A stretch of DNA of 64,000 nt from Rubripirellula sp. (lineage in GTDB: Bacteria; Planctomycetota; Planctomycetia; Pirellulales; Pirellulaceae). Positions 1 to 11,649 of this stretch are shown here, piece after piece. The notes beneath the pieces are model-generated. The model worked only from the letters and a program-made list of their open reading frames with translations. It was not told the DNA's origin and did not search any database. The stretch spans positions 4,832,001 through 4,896,000 of the forward strand of contig OZ244207.1 in NCBI GenBank assembly GCA_965216875.1. The letters are read 5' to 3'. Position 1 is the first letter of the stretch; every line of letters starts with the position of its first letter. The position numbers and the translations under genes were made by a program.

Positions 1-582
1 AAGCAACTGCTGAGCTTTGATGTCGTAACAAGCCATGATGCCGATTGGTGTGGGAAGTGACTTGAGCCACTTCATCAAGCCTCGCTTTTCCTTTTGCCAT
101 GTGTAGGCCTGCGATAAACGCGACAGTGATTGGTGACAGGAGTACTCGCATCCCGCTTCGGTAACCGCTTCGCGAAAATACTGCTCCCGCCACTTGGACC
201 AATTGAATCCTGGATCGCCACAATAGCCGATGTTCTTGAAGCCACGCTCGAGCAGATGTTCAGCCGCAAGTTTTGCGATCGCACGATCATCCGTCTCGAC
301 CCACGGAATGTTCGGGACGAGGCGAGCGGCGCTCACGTCGACCACCGGCAACATCGTCCGACTGACCGCCTTGGCGACCTCATCCGTTTCGATCCGCGCG
401 ATGATCCCGTCGCCTTTCCAACGGGCAAGCCAACTTGGTGGCGGCGCCGTCCGATCCTGTTCCGGCAAGACGATCGACCAACGATCGTGCTGGCGAACAT
501 AGCTCGCAACGCCATCCAAAATGCCGCGGGCGTAGGCATTGGACGATTCGATCAACAGAGCGACGGAGCGCCGAGACTTCAT
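1..582 (-). CDS. XylR-type transcriptional regulator (periplasmic-binding-protein-like sensor domain; AraC HTH expected beyond window edge), partial
   Basis: Not in the ORF track because it runs off the window. Manual translation from the ATG at 582 gives MKSRRSVALLIESSNAYARGILDGVASYVRQHDRWSIVLPEQ...WKGDGIIARIET...VETDDRAIAKLAAEHLLERGFKNIGYCG...LPTPIGIMACYDIKAQQLL, a typical XylR N-terminal domain. It is divergent from the oxidoreductase at 815. Confidence 0.85.
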   Translation of the reverse strand, partial: MKSRRSVALLIESSNAYARGILDGVASYVRQHDRWSIVLPEQDRTAPPPSWLARWKGDGIIARIETDEVAKAVSRTMLPVVDVSAARLVPNIPWVETDDRAIAKLAAEHLLERGFKNIGYCGDPGFNWSKWREQYFREAVTEAGCEYSCHQSLSRLSQAYTWQKEKRGLMKWLKSLPTPIGIMACYDIKAQQLL

Positions 583-647
583 GACCGGGGAAATTATTCA
601 AGCGCGAAATGGAAACTCACCGATCGCAACAGCGTAACGCAAAGGCT

Positions 648-737
648 GAGCAAAAACCAACACATTCCACACCGTGAAATATCTCATCCCAAAGAGCGCA
701 CAATCTCATGGACGCGGCCTTGCGAAGACTCCACAAT
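648..737 (+). promoter_or_regulatory. Putative XylR/AraC-type direct-repeat operator and -10 element
   Basis: Repeats ending ...ACACAT (665), ...TCTCAT (687) and ...TCTCAT (709) have 22-bp periodicity. They are followed by CACAAT at 732-737, in the divergent xylR-like/oxidoreductase intergenic region. Confidence 0.35.
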
Positions 738-814
738 GTTTCGACAACCTCTAAAGTGACCTCCCTCACCCAAAAACCTGCTGCCCACAGACGAGTGCCC
801 GAAGCGAGCGGACG

Positions 815-1933
<1,119 letters not shown>

Positions 1934-2148
1934 CCTGAACACCGCGAACGTTAGCGTCGCCGCCTTTCGCTCCGCCGAAAGGTGAGCTCGAGGCTAACCG
2001 TTACGCCGATCACGCTGAACAAACAGTAAACAACCTTCGTTTTCCGTAACTTTCGACGGGGCGAAAGGCGACTCGGTCCGCCCGTGCGCTGACGTCGGGG
2101 CAAACACCTTCCTTCCTCAATCTTGCCACCACCCACCAGGACAAAACC

Positions 2149-5100
2149 ATGTCCAACTTGCTTCGAGCTGCGATCGTTTCCAGTGCAGTCGTCTTGCTGA
2201 CAAGCCATCTCTCCTATGCCGCCCAGCGAGACAAATTGAATGTCTTGTTCCTTGGTGATTCGGGGCACCACCAGCCGCGCGCTCGATTCGAACAATTCGC
2301 GCCGGTCATGGCGCGACGCGGTATCGACGTCCAATACACCGATCGCATGTCCGATCTGAACGCCAACCGCCTTGCGGCCTTCGACGCCCTCATCGTGTTT
2401 GCCAACATCGATCGAATCGAACCGGACCAAGAGAAGGCGTTGCTCGAATACGTTGCCGGCGGAGGCGGTTTCGTACCCTTGCACTGCGCTTCGTATTGCT
2501 TCCGCAATTCCGATGCAGTCGTCGCGCTGATGGGCGCTCAGTTCCAGCGTCATGGCACGGGAACGTTTCGAACCTCTATCGCTTCCGAACAATCCGACCA
2601 CCCCATCATGCGCGGGTTCGGAGGTTTCGAGAGCTGGGATGAAACCTACGTCCATCACCTACACAACGAAGAAAACCGCACCGTCCTTTCTTACCGTGTC
2701 GACCAAAACGGACGCGAACCATGGACGTGGATCCGAACGCATGGCGATGGCCGAGTCTTTTACACCGCCTGGGGTCACGACCAACGAACTTGGGGGAACG
2801 CAGGATTTCAAAACCTTGTCGAACGCGGCATCCGCTGGGCCGCGGGCGATGATGTTTCACAAGTACCCGACTATTTATCCGACCAGCCCTTTCCGACGCC
2901 GAAGATGACCGAACTTCGGAAGGATGTCGCTCCTTTCGAATTTGCGGATGTCGGAAACAAGATCCCGAATTACACGCCTGGCGAAAACTGGGGCACTCAG
3001 GGCGATGCACGCTCGCTCATGCAAAAACCGCTTGCGGCCAACGAATCGATCAAACACTTTGTTGTGCCTGAAGGTTTTCGCGTCGAACTCTTTGCCAGCG
3101 AACCTGACATCGGCGGCAAACCCATCGCGATGGCATGGGACGAACGTGGACGTCTGTGGGTCGCCGAAACGTATGACTATCCCAACGAACTTCAGCCCGA
3201 AGGCAAAGGACGCGACCGCATTCGAATCCTCGAAGACACCGACGGCGATTGGAAAGCGGATAAGTTCACGGTCTTTGCCGACAAGCTAAGCATCCCAACA
3301 AGCATTGCATTCTACCGTGGGGGCGCGATCGTCCACGACGGTAAACGGACGCTCTACTTGAAAGACACAAACGGCGATGACGTTGCCGACGAGCGGAGCG
3401 TTTTGATCTCGGGTTGGAACCAAGGCGACACGCACGGTGGTGTGAGCAACTTCCAATACGGCTTAGACAACTGGATTTGGGCGATGCAGGGTTACAACAA
3501 CTCGGCCCCCGAAACGGATGGAACCAAACAACAATCGTTCCGGCAAGGTTTCTTTCGATTCCGCCCCGACGGCAGCGAAGTTGAGTTTCTTCGTTCGACC
3601 AATAACAACACATGGGGGCTGGGACTTAGCGAAGAAGGCCTGGTTTTTGGATCGACGGCCAACCGCAATCCAAGTGTCTTTATGCCGATTCCCAATCGGT
3701 ACTACGAACGCGTGCGTGGCTGGGCACCTTCGTTGCGTCTGGGGACCATCGCCGACACTCATTTGTTTGACCCCATCACCGAAAACATTCGCCAAGTCGA
3801 TCAACATGGCGGCTACACCGCGGCGGCAGGTCACGCGTTGTACACCGCACGCCAATATCCTCGTGAGTATTGGAACCGCACTTCGTTTGTTGCCGGACCA
3901 ACAGGCCACTTGGTGGGGACGTTCGTCCTGAGCGCAACCGGTGATGACTTCAAGTCGACCAGCCCATTCAACTTGATCGCGAGCGACGACGAATGGTCCG
4001 CGCCGATCATGGCCGAAGTCGGTCCTGACGGCAACGTTTGGGTCATCGACTGGTACAACTACATCGTCCAGCACAACCCAACACCACGCGGTTTCGAAAC
4101 GGGCAAGGGCAATGCTTACGAAACCGACCTGCGAGACAAAAAGCACGGTCGAATCTACCGTGTCGTCTACGAAGGCAAGGCTCAATCCAAACCCTTCACG
4201 CTCAAGGACGCTTCGGGCGACCAGTTGATCCAAACGCTCTCGCACCCCACGATGCTGTGGCGAAAACATGCCCAACGACTGCTCGTCGAACGTGGTGACA
4301 CAAGTGTTGTCGATGCATTGATTGCGCTCGTTGAAGATGATTCGGCCGATGCAATCGGACTTAACGTCGGTGCCATCCACGCCCTCTGGACGCTTCACGG
4401 TCTCGGGCAACTCGATGGTTCCAACGAGAAAGCGTTTGCCGCAAACGTGTCGGCCCTTGGCCATCGATCGGCCGGCGTCCGGCGCAACGCTTTGCAAGTC
4501 CTACCGCCAGTGAGTCGTTCGACCGAAGCCGTGCTCGCGACCGAATCGCTCTTTGACGACCATCCGCAAGTCCGGCTCGCCGCGATGTTAGCGTTGTCGG
4601 ACCTACCGCCATCGACCGAAGCTGGCGCGGCGATCGCTCGTTTTGTCACCTCGGGCATCAGCGATGGTGATCGTTGGATCCACGACGCCGCTGTCAGTGC
4701 CGCCGCAAACAACGCGGCCGGATTCCTGCCGGCACTGGCCACGTCGCAACAAGCTCCTCAAGGTCGAGCACTCGAAACACTCAAACTCGTCGCTGGCCAC
4801 TACGGACGCACCGGACCAACCGAATCGATTGCCACCGTGCTTTCGTATTTGTCAGACGCCGACCCAACCGTTGCCGATGCAGTGCTTGCCGGCATCGCCT
4901 CAGGCTGGCCCGCTGACAAATCGCCAAAATTGACAAATCAACTCGAAGAAAACCTGATCGGGTTGATGAATCGTTTGCCCAAGGCAAGTGGCGGTCGACT
5001 GGTCAAACTTGCCCGTCGCTGGGGCAGCGAATCCTTCGAAGCTTACGCAAAAGAAGTCTCTGATTCGTTGCTGGATCAGATTGACGATGAAGACAACTCA

Positions 5101-6534
5101 AACGCAGTGCGACAAGCGGCGGCGCGAGAGCTTGTCGCATTCCGCTCGCTCGAAGCATCGGTTGTCGATGACCTACTCGACCGAGTCACCCCGCAGACCT
5201 CACCCGAGCTTGCCGTCGCGATCGTGAAGGCGATCGCGGCGAGCGAAGCTCCCAAGGCTGGCGCTGCCATTGCCGAGCGACTTGATGATTTGACTCCGGC
5301 ACCTCGAACCGCCGCGATCGGCGTGTTGCTTGCGCGTCCCGAATCGACGTCCGTCCTGCTGTCAACGATTGACAAGGGTGACGTGCTGCTGGCGGAACTA
5401 AGCCTTGACCAGAAACAGGCACTCATGGATCACCCCGATCAAGCGTTGCGAAAACGGGCAAGAGAAATCCTTAACCGCGGCGGCGCGATTCCCAACGCCG
5501 ATCGTCAAGCAGTGCTCAATAGCATGATCGCGGCCACCAAACGCAGTGGCAATGTCACGGCGGGCAAAGCGGTCTTCAAAAAGAACTGTGCCAACTGCCA
5601 TGTGCTCAGCGGCGAAGGCAAACGCGTCGGTCCTGACCTGACCGGCATGGCGGTGCACCCCAAACAAGAACTACTCACCCATATCCTCGATCCCAATCGT
5701 GATGTCGAAGGGAACTATCGGGTCTATTCCGTGCTGACCGTCGATGGCTTGGCAGTCAACGGCTTGCTCGCTTCCGAGTCCAAGACCGCGATCGAGATGA
5801 TTGACGCCGAGGGCAAGAAACAAACGATTCTTCGTGAGGATGTGGAACGTTTGCGAGCTTCGAACAAATCGCTTATGCCCGAAGGATTCGAAAAACAGAT
5901 CCCCGAATCAGACATGACCGACTTGCTGGAATTCCTGACTGCACGTGGTCAATACACGCCGATCGACATGGCTCGTGTCGGGACGATCGCAAGCGACCGC
6001 GGCATGTTTCTCAGCAAAGAAGCTGATGTCGAACGTTTGATCTTCGCCGACTGGTCACCCAAAAAGTTCAACAAGGTCGACTTCCATCTCACCGACCCAC
6101 AAGACGGCAGCGTTGCCAACGCCATCCTTCTCAACGGACCGCTCGGGGACATCACGCGGCAAATGCCTCAGTCCGTCACCGTGCCGTGCAATGGATCGGC
6201 GCGTGCCATCCACCTACTCAGTGGTGTGAGCGGCTGGGGCTTCCCCTACAGCCGCGAGAAAACGGTTTCGATGATCGTTCGACTTCGCTACGCTGATGGT
6301 CAAGTCGAAGACCACCCGCTAATCAACGGCGAACACTTTGCCGACTACATCCGGCGAGTCGACGTACCCGGTTCCGAGTTTGCGTTCGCATTGCGTGGAC
6401 AACAAATTCGCTATTTGGCGGTTTACCCCAAGCGTTCCGAATCGATCGCGAACATCGAATTGGTCAAGGGACCAGACAAGTCGGCTCCCGTCGTGATGGC
6501 CATCACAATCGAGTCGGCAGGCACCAGCCACTAG
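2149..6534 (+). CDS. PVC-type heme-binding membrane-associated dehydrogenase (ThuA-like domain + beta-propeller + HEAT repeats + cytochrome c)
   Basis: Signal peptide; ThuA-like domain (GGGFVPLHCA, GRVFYTAWGH); propeller (FRVELFASEPDIGGKPIAMAWDERGRLWV); HEAT-like repeats; CANCH heme motif with GPDLTG and SLMPEG. Confidence 0.88.
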   Translation: MSNLLRAAIVSSAVVLLTSHLSYAAQRDKLNVLFLGDSGHHQPRARFEQFAPVMARRGIDVQYTDRMSDLNANRLAAFDALIVFANIDRIEPDQEKALLEYVAGGGGFVPLHCASYCFRNSDAVVALMGAQFQRHGTGTFRTSIASEQSDHPIMRGFGGFESWDETYVHHLHNEENRTVLSYRVDQNGREPWTWIRTHGDGRVFYTAWGHDQRTWGNAGFQNLVERGIRWAAGDDVSQVPDYLSDQPFPTPKMTELRKDVAPFEFADVGNKIPNYTPGENWGTQGDARSLMQKPLAANESIKHFVVPEGFRVELFASEPDIGGKPIAMAWDERGRLWVAETYDYPNELQPEGKGRDRIRILEDTDGDWKADKFTVFADKLSIPTSIAFYRGGAIVHDGKRTLYLKDTNGDDVADERSVLISGWNQGDTHGGVSNFQYGLDNWIWAMQGYNNSAPETDGTKQQSFRQGFFRFRPDGSEVEFLRSTNNNTWGLGLSEEGLVFGSTANRNPSVFMPIPNRYYERVRGWAPSLRLGTIADTHLFDPITENIRQVDQHGGYTAAAGHALYTARQYPREYWNRTSFVAGPTGHLVGTFVLSATGDDFKSTSPFNLIASDDEWSAPIMAEVGPDGNVWVIDWYNYIVQHNPTPRGFETGKGNAYETDLRDKKHGRIYRVVYEGKAQSKPFTLKDASGDQLIQTLSHPTMLWRKHAQRLLVERGDTSVVDALIALVEDDSADAIGLNVGAIHALWTLHGLGQLDGSNEKAFAANVSALGHRSAGVRRNALQVLPPVSRSTEAVLATESLFDDHPQVRLAAMLALSDLPPSTEAGAAIARFVTSGISDGDRWIHDAAVSAAANNAAGFLPALATSQQAPQGRALETLKLVAGHYGRTGPTESIATVLSYLSDADPTVADAVLAGIASGWPADKSPKLTNQLEENLIGLMNRLPKASGGRLVKLARRWGSESFEAYAKEVSDSLLDQIDDEDNSNAVRQAAARELVAFRSLEASVVDDLLDRVTPQTSPELAVAIVKAIAASEAPKAGAAIAERLDDLTPAPRTAAIGVLLARPESTSVLLSTIDKGDVLLAELSLDQKQALMDHPDQALRKRAREILNRGGAIPNADRQAVLNSMIAATKRSGNVTAGKAVFKKNCANCHVLSGEGKRVGPDLTGMAVHPKQELLTHILDPNRDVEGNYRVYSVLTVDGLAVNGLLASESKTAIEMIDAEGKKQTILREDVERLRASNKSLMPEGFEKQIPESDMTDLLEFLTARGQYTPIDMARVGTIASDRGMFLSKEADVERLIFADWSPKKFNKVDFHLTDPQDGSVANAILLNGPLGDITRQMPQSVTVPCNGSARAIHLLSGVSGWGFPYSREKTVSMIVRLRYADGQVEDHPLINGEHFADYIRRVDVPGSEFAFALRGQQIRYLAVYPKRSESIANIELVKGPDKSAPVVMAITIESAGTSH

Positions 6535-6540
6535 GGCAGC

Positions 6541-7026
6541 ATGCGATACCAAATCAAGCAAAAGGCTTTCTCGCTGGGCGATCAATACATGATCCGCGAC
6601 GCTCAGGGCGAACCGGCGTTCAAGGTCGAAGGGAAAGTCTTTAGCTGGGGCGACTCACTTAGTTTCCGCACCGCGGCGGGAGCGGAACTCGCACGCATCG
6701 AACAAAAGCTGTTCAGCTGGAAACCGACCTACCGCATTCATCGTGACGGCGAGCTCTTTGCCGAAGTGATCAAAGAATGGACTTGGCTGTATAAACAGTT
6801 CACACTCGATGTCCCCGGGCCAAATGATTACACCATCGATGGCAGTTTCTGGGAACACGAATATGCGTTCACGCGCGGTGGTCGGCAAGTCGCAGCGGTC
6901 TCGAAAAAGTTTTGGTCTTGGGCTGATACCTACGGCGTCGACATTATCGACGGCGAAGATGATCAAGCGATCCTAGCGACATGCATTGTGATCGACCTCG
7001 TGCTTCACGACCCAGACAACGACTGA
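6541..7026 (+). CDS. LURP-one-related (LOR/YxjI, tubby-like) family protein
   Basis: MRYQIKQKAFSLGDQYMIRD...FKVEGKVFSWGD...SKKFWSWADTYGVDI pattern; starts 6 bp after the upstream stop. Confidence 0.85.
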   Translation: MRYQIKQKAFSLGDQYMIRDAQGEPAFKVEGKVFSWGDSLSFRTAAGAELARIEQKLFSWKPTYRIHRDGELFAEVIKEWTWLYKQFTLDVPGPNDYTIDGSFWEHEYAFTRGGRQVAAVSKKFWSWADTYGVDIIDGEDDQAILATCIVIDLVLHDPDND

Positions 7027-7037
7027 TGCCGATCCAC

Positions 7038-7082
7038 GTAGGGTGTGTGCTTGCACGTACCCAAACGCGCACAAGCACACCC
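7038..7082. repeat. GTAG-initiated imperfect palindrome (REP-like; possible terminator between convergent genes)
   Basis: GTAGGGTGTGTGCTTG...CAAGCACACCC lies between convergent stops at 7026 and 7097. Confidence 0.45.
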
Positions 7083-7096
7083 GATGCGTTTCACAA

Positions 7097-8023
7097 TCAC
7101 TCTCCGGCCGCCCGTTTGCGGGCGGCCGCTTGCACCTTCGCTTTCTCTTTCAGCAACCGCTCCGGCCATACGAAGGTGGGCGAGTCTTTCGGTTTGTAGC
7201 CTTCCATATGTCCCGACAAACGTGTGACCGGCTTTGTGTACACAAGCTTGGTGTCGCCAAACACCTCTTCACAGAGCGCCGCCAAACCTGGGTCGTATTC
7301 TTTCAGCTCTTCGCGTGTGTCAACGTGATTGTGATCGTGATCCGGCTTTCGATTGTTGTCGAACCATGACTGCACGCCTTCGGCAAAGTACTCGGCGTGA
7401 TTGGTCGCCGCATACTTCGTCTTCCACAACCCAGCATTCATCGCACGTTCGTACGTTGCCTTGAGCCGATCGTCAAAGGTCGAATCGACGCGTGCAAGTC
7501 CGACGAGATGGATGTTGTGGGCGAATTCATGAATCAAAATATTCTCGGTCGAATAGGGATCGCCGTCGTATCCGAGCAGGTTTTCCTCGCCACAAGAACA
7601 GACCGGGCTATGCTTGCTGCCACCAAGACCTCGCGCACGCACATCCCAAAAGTCCTTTGGGGTCATCTCAGAATGCTCGGGGACATCCGTCGTGTATTCA
7701 TCGTGCGCCATCACGATCAATCGCGAACCACCGGCAATCATCGCTTGCCTCAAATCCGGTCGATGGGCAAGCAACATGTCGATCAGGTGCGCCGCTTCTT
7801 TGAGCGCGTAGTCGTTGACCTTTGGCGAACTGACGACCGGATAGCCGCTGGCGCTGACGTACTTCGCATAGAACTCTGGCAAGCCGAGCGTCTCTGGTGG
7901 TGCGAGGACCTCGTAATCCTGAATGGGCTGGTCGGGCGTAGCGTCTTCAGCCACGACGAGGTTGAAACTGAAGATCAAGCAACTGATCAGCGGAATGAGT
8001 TTCGCGTGAATCGAGGATTTCAT
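7097..8023 (-). CDS. Secreted zinc metallopeptidase-like protein (HEXXH + downstream E; gluzincin-like)
   Basis: Signal peptide from MKSSIHAK (ATG at 8023); ILIHEFAHNIH and AEYFAEGVQSWF motifs. Confidence 0.7.
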   Translation of the reverse strand: MKSSIHAKLIPLISCLIFSFNLVVAEDATPDQPIQDYEVLAPPETLGLPEFYAKYVSASGYPVVSSPKVNDYALKEAAHLIDMLLAHRPDLRQAMIAGGSRLIVMAHDEYTTDVPEHSEMTPKDFWDVRARGLGGSKHSPVCSCGEENLLGYDGDPYSTENILIHEFAHNIHLVGLARVDSTFDDRLKATYERAMNAGLWKTKYAATNHAEYFAEGVQSWFDNNRKPDHDHNHVDTREELKEYDPGLAALCEEVFGDTKLVYTKPVTRLSGHMEGYKPKDSPTFVWPERLLKEKAKVQAAARKRAAGE

Positions 8024-8200
8024 GGCAGGCGTGTGGTGGAAGGGGCTGAATCGCGGGCAGTTCACTCTTGCATGAAAACGTCCGTCTCAGCGGGCAAGGA
8101 TGGAACCGCCCCAAGACATTGGCGCGGTGTATGATGTGCACCGCGATCTTCGTGCCTTCCCAACCTCGAGTCAACTCTTTCCACCACAGCCATCCTCATC

Positions 8201-10075
8201 ATGACTAGCAAGCCAATCGTCCGAACCCTACCTCGGTGGGACTCCCTCGTGCTGGCCATCCTTGTTTCTTCAACCAGCCTATTCTCGACCAACGCGTTGG
8301 CAGAACGTGACCCGATCCGCCTCACGCACGGCCCAATGCTCGGTCACGTCACCGACAATTCCGTCGTTGTTTGGGGACGCACCTCCGACGCGGGCACTTT
8401 TTCAGTGCGTTACGGCAAGGACTCTCGGAAGCTGGACGAACAGAGTAAAGTCGCAGCCACTGCCCTTGACCGCGACAACACCGGCACGGTGACCTTGAAA
8501 AACCTCGATGCCGACACCGTTTATCACTATCAGCTTTGGGTCAATGAGCGACCGCACGGGCTTCCGGGAACCTTTCGTACGTTGCCGAGCGTCGAAGGCT
8601 CAAGAAATGCCGAGCACAATCCCGACGGACTCTTCAACTTTCGATTTCAGATCGGATCGTGCGCAAACCAAAACCCGTTGCATGGAAACGGTCATCGCGC
8701 GACCACCTACGAACATCTCAACGAAGATTGGTCCGATCGCGTTCACTTTCACATCATGAACGGCGACTGGCTGTACGAAGAGTTACGCATGTTCTCGCCC
8801 GAAGCTTGGCGACTCACGCAGGGTCTCAAGGAATACCCGCTGACCGTTCAAGTGATGCCAACGATCGTTGGTGTTTGGGAAAACTACAAGCTGTACCTCA
8901 GTCGCGGTGTTGATCTTGCGAAATGGCATCGCAATGTCCCCAGCTATTTCACCTTTGATGATCACGAACTGGTCAACGACATTTGGGGATCGGCCGAAAC
9001 GGGCAAACGTCATCGTCGCACCGTGTTTCGTGACATTGGGACCCAAGCTTGGCATGACTATCTGGGTTGGGCCAACCCGATGGAGCACAAGCATCCGATT
9101 CACTTTGGCAAAGCATCGATGCAGGCGGGAAGTGACCTGCTGGTCGACACCCAAGCCGATTTCACGAAGCTGCCTCTCGACGAAATGTTAAACCTGCACG
9201 TGCACTGGGGAACGCCCGAAGCCGGTGTCAACGACATGCGTTACGACAACGACGCGGGGAACAAGAACTCGTACGTCTATGACATCGTCGAAGTTGTCGA
9301 CCGCCACACGTTGCGTCTACACATGCCCGCCAAGGTGGACGACCCAAGTTTGAGCTACTCGATTGGCCGTCGAAGCTACGGAAAGTTCCGCGTTTCCAAT
9401 TGCGAGTTCTACCTGATCGACACGCGTGGTGATCGCGACATGCATGATGTCCAACAACGGGACAAACCAGGTGTTTCCATGCTCGGCAAACCACAGCGAG
9501 ATTGGTTGCTGAAATCCATGCGGGAAAGTGATGCCGATTTCTTTTTCGTCATTTCGACGGTGCCCTTCATGATTCCCCATTCGGGTGCAGGTGGCTTTGA
9601 AGCGGACGCAGCAAATAAGGAGGAAGCTTGGACCGGTTTCTTTGACGAACGCGAGATGCTGATCAATGCCTGGGAAGAGCTGGGCAAGAAAGTTTTTGTG
9701 ATGACAGGTGACTTGCACAACAGTTTCGCGATCAAGGTAACCGACAACGTTTGGGAGTTCTGCTGTGGACCTCACAACAGCGTCAATCACGTTCCCAAGA
9801 ATGACGAATCGGACCGCCCCGCGACCGGCAAGTTCAAGTTTGGGCCTCGCGAGTGCGATATCCGCTGGAGCAGCTATATCTTGCCCGACCTACCTCGTCT
9901 GGAGCGTCTCTACCCGCACTATTGCGTTGTGCAGGTCAACAACGTCTTCAACATGCCCAAGCAACTCGGCGGCAAGCGGTTGGTGGCCTACCCGCACCCG
10001 CAGGTCATTTTCCAGTACTACGACGGCCGCACAGGCGAACTGGCTTACGCCGAATCCGTCTCGGTCGACCGATGA
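8201..10075 (+). CDS. Alkaline phosphatase D (PhoD) family protein
   Basis: N-terminal HGPMLGHVT..VVVWGRT fibronectin-like domain; GSCA, GDWLYE, FDDHE, DTR and TGDLH metallophosphatase motifs. Confidence 0.82.
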   Translation: MTSKPIVRTLPRWDSLVLAILVSSTSLFSTNALAERDPIRLTHGPMLGHVTDNSVVVWGRTSDAGTFSVRYGKDSRKLDEQSKVAATALDRDNTGTVTLKNLDADTVYHYQLWVNERPHGLPGTFRTLPSVEGSRNAEHNPDGLFNFRFQIGSCANQNPLHGNGHRATTYEHLNEDWSDRVHFHIMNGDWLYEELRMFSPEAWRLTQGLKEYPLTVQVMPTIVGVWENYKLYLSRGVDLAKWHRNVPSYFTFDDHELVNDIWGSAETGKRHRRTVFRDIGTQAWHDYLGWANPMEHKHPIHFGKASMQAGSDLLVDTQADFTKLPLDEMLNLHVHWGTPEAGVNDMRYDNDAGNKNSYVYDIVEVVDRHTLRLHMPAKVDDPSLSYSIGRRSYGKFRVSNCEFYLIDTRGDRDMHDVQQRDKPGVSMLGKPQRDWLLKSMRESDADFFFVISTVPFMIPHSGAGGFEADAANKEEAWTGFFDEREMLINAWEELGKKVFVMTGDLHNSFAIKVTDNVWEFCCGPHNSVNHVPKNDESDRPATGKFKFGPRECDIRWSSYILPDLPRLERLYPHYCVVQVNNVFNMPKQLGGKRLVAYPHPQVIFQYYDGRTGELAYAESVSVDR

Positions 10076-10238
10076 AGCTGCACGAATGAGGCGTGTTCTT
10101 CTACCACGACCGTGTCTCTGGCCTGTAACATAGTACCTCTACGGTAGTCCTGTTCTATCGGAGCGTTTGGCGGTACGACCGTATCGCCTCACACCCCAGT
10201 AGTCATCTCCACCGTCGCATGCTACTCGGAGACTCATC

Positions 10239-11627
10239 GTGACTGAAAGTTCGTCCGCTCGCCGAACCGCATTGACCGGCGCATCGGATGGATTTCGTCG
10301 TCCCGAGTCGGGGCTTTCAACGGCGGGCGTGCTCACCCCCGTCGCTGGCGATTCTGGCGTCCAGCCAACGCGGATTAAATCGACGGACTTTGTGATCGGG
10401 CGTGCCGAGGAACTCGACGGAAGCGGCCTGCAGCTTGCCGACGAAAATGTTTCGCGGAAACATGCTCGCATCACGCGTGTTGGCGAACAGTTCTTGATCG
10501 AAGACCTCAACAGCCGAAACGGCACATTTGTCGACGGTGTACCGGTCGAGTTCGCACTGCTGCACGATGGCGACACGATTCAGATCGGAAAAAGCACGCT
10601 CTACTTTGACCAACTCTACGAATTTGCGGTGAGCTCTTCCAGCTCCTCAAGGGCCGCGTCGATTTCGATGGAGCAGTGGTACAAGCGACATCGCGCGGAA
10701 GTCGAGCAAGCATCCATGTCGCTTCGTTTTTGGGGAACGCGTGGTTCCCTTCCGACGCCCGGAGCCGAGACGCGCAAGTACGGAGGCAATACAACCTGTG
10801 TCGAACTGCGAATGGGCGACACGATTATCGTGCTTGATGCTGGCAGCGGAATTCGCCAGATGAGTCGCGCCTGGGCTGACGAGTTTGGTCAGTCGCCAAT
10901 TACAGCCAGCCTTTGCTTCACACATTTGCACTGGGATCACATCCAAGGGTTTCCCTTCTTTGGACCGGCCTACCAGCCCGACAACCACATTCGCATCTAC
11001 GGTGCCCAGCGTGAATCGGGCACAACCAAAGAGCTGCTGTCGGCGCAAATGGCCGGCGACTACTTTCCCGTTCCACTTTCGGCGATGAAAGCCAACCTGC
11101 AATTTGATGCAACCGATTCGAAGTTTGCGATCGGCGATGTGCAGGTCGAGACCTTTGACCTTCCGCATCCGAGCGGCAGCCTCGGTTATCGTTTTTGCAG
11201 TGGTGACTCTGTCTTTGTGATGGCGACCGATAGCGAAGTCGACCAAGTCGCTTTGAATCGAGATCAGTTGGCCGATGACTTCTTTGCTCCGCGTGAATTC
11301 GCGCCCGAGTTTTTGGCGCCGATGCGAGATGCCGATCTGTTGCTGATCGACTGCCAATATGCTGACGAAGAGTACCAACAAAAAGCGGGCTGGGGGCACA
11401 ATTCACTTGCCGCGGTTGTCGACCTCTGCCGCCAAGTGCGGCCGAAAATGGTTGCACTTTCCCATCATGATCCGATGTGCAACGATGTCACCGTGTCGGA
11501 CCGCGTGAAAGAGGCATCCGATCGCCTTCGCGCTCTCGGATTGCACGATATCCTGGTGTTCGGTGGTCGCGAGCAGATCGCGATCTCTGTGCAAACACCT
11601 AAATGCCCGATGTCTTCTCGGGCCTGA
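10239..11627 (+). CDS. FHA domain + metallo-beta-lactamase-fold hydrolase fusion
   Basis: FHA motifs IGR...VSRKHARI...[11 protein letters not shown] motifs [46 protein letters not shown] start is uncertain. Confidence 0.85.
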   Translation: MTESSSARRTALTGASDGFRRPESGLSTAGVLTPVAGDSGVQPTRIKSTDFVIGRAEELDGSGLQLADENVSRKHARITRVGEQFLIEDLNSRNGTFVDGVPVEFALLHDGDTIQIGKSTLYFDQLYEFAVSSSSSSRAASISMEQWYKRHRAEVEQASMSLRFWGTRGSLPTPGAETRKYGGNTTCVELRMGDTIIVLDAGSGIRQMSRAWADEFGQSPITASLCFTHLHWDHIQGFPFFGPAYQPDNHIRIYGAQRESGTTKELLSAQMAGDYFPVPLSAMKANLQFDATDSKFAIGDVQVETFDLPHPSGSLGYRFCSGDSVFVMATDSEVDQVALNRDQLADDFFAPREFAPEFLAPMRDADLLLIDCQYADEEYQQKAGWGHNSLAAVVDLCRQVRPKMVALSHHDPMCNDVTVSDRVKEASDRLRALGLHDILVFGGREQIAISVQTPKCPMSSRA

Positions 11628-11649
11628 AGACCAGGATCGACGCTTTACC

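Noticed and set aside
130..759. 209-aa plus-strand ORF in the ORF track
   Set aside because: It is the antisense shadow of the XylR-type gene on the minus strand (582 to <1), which has clear family motifs.
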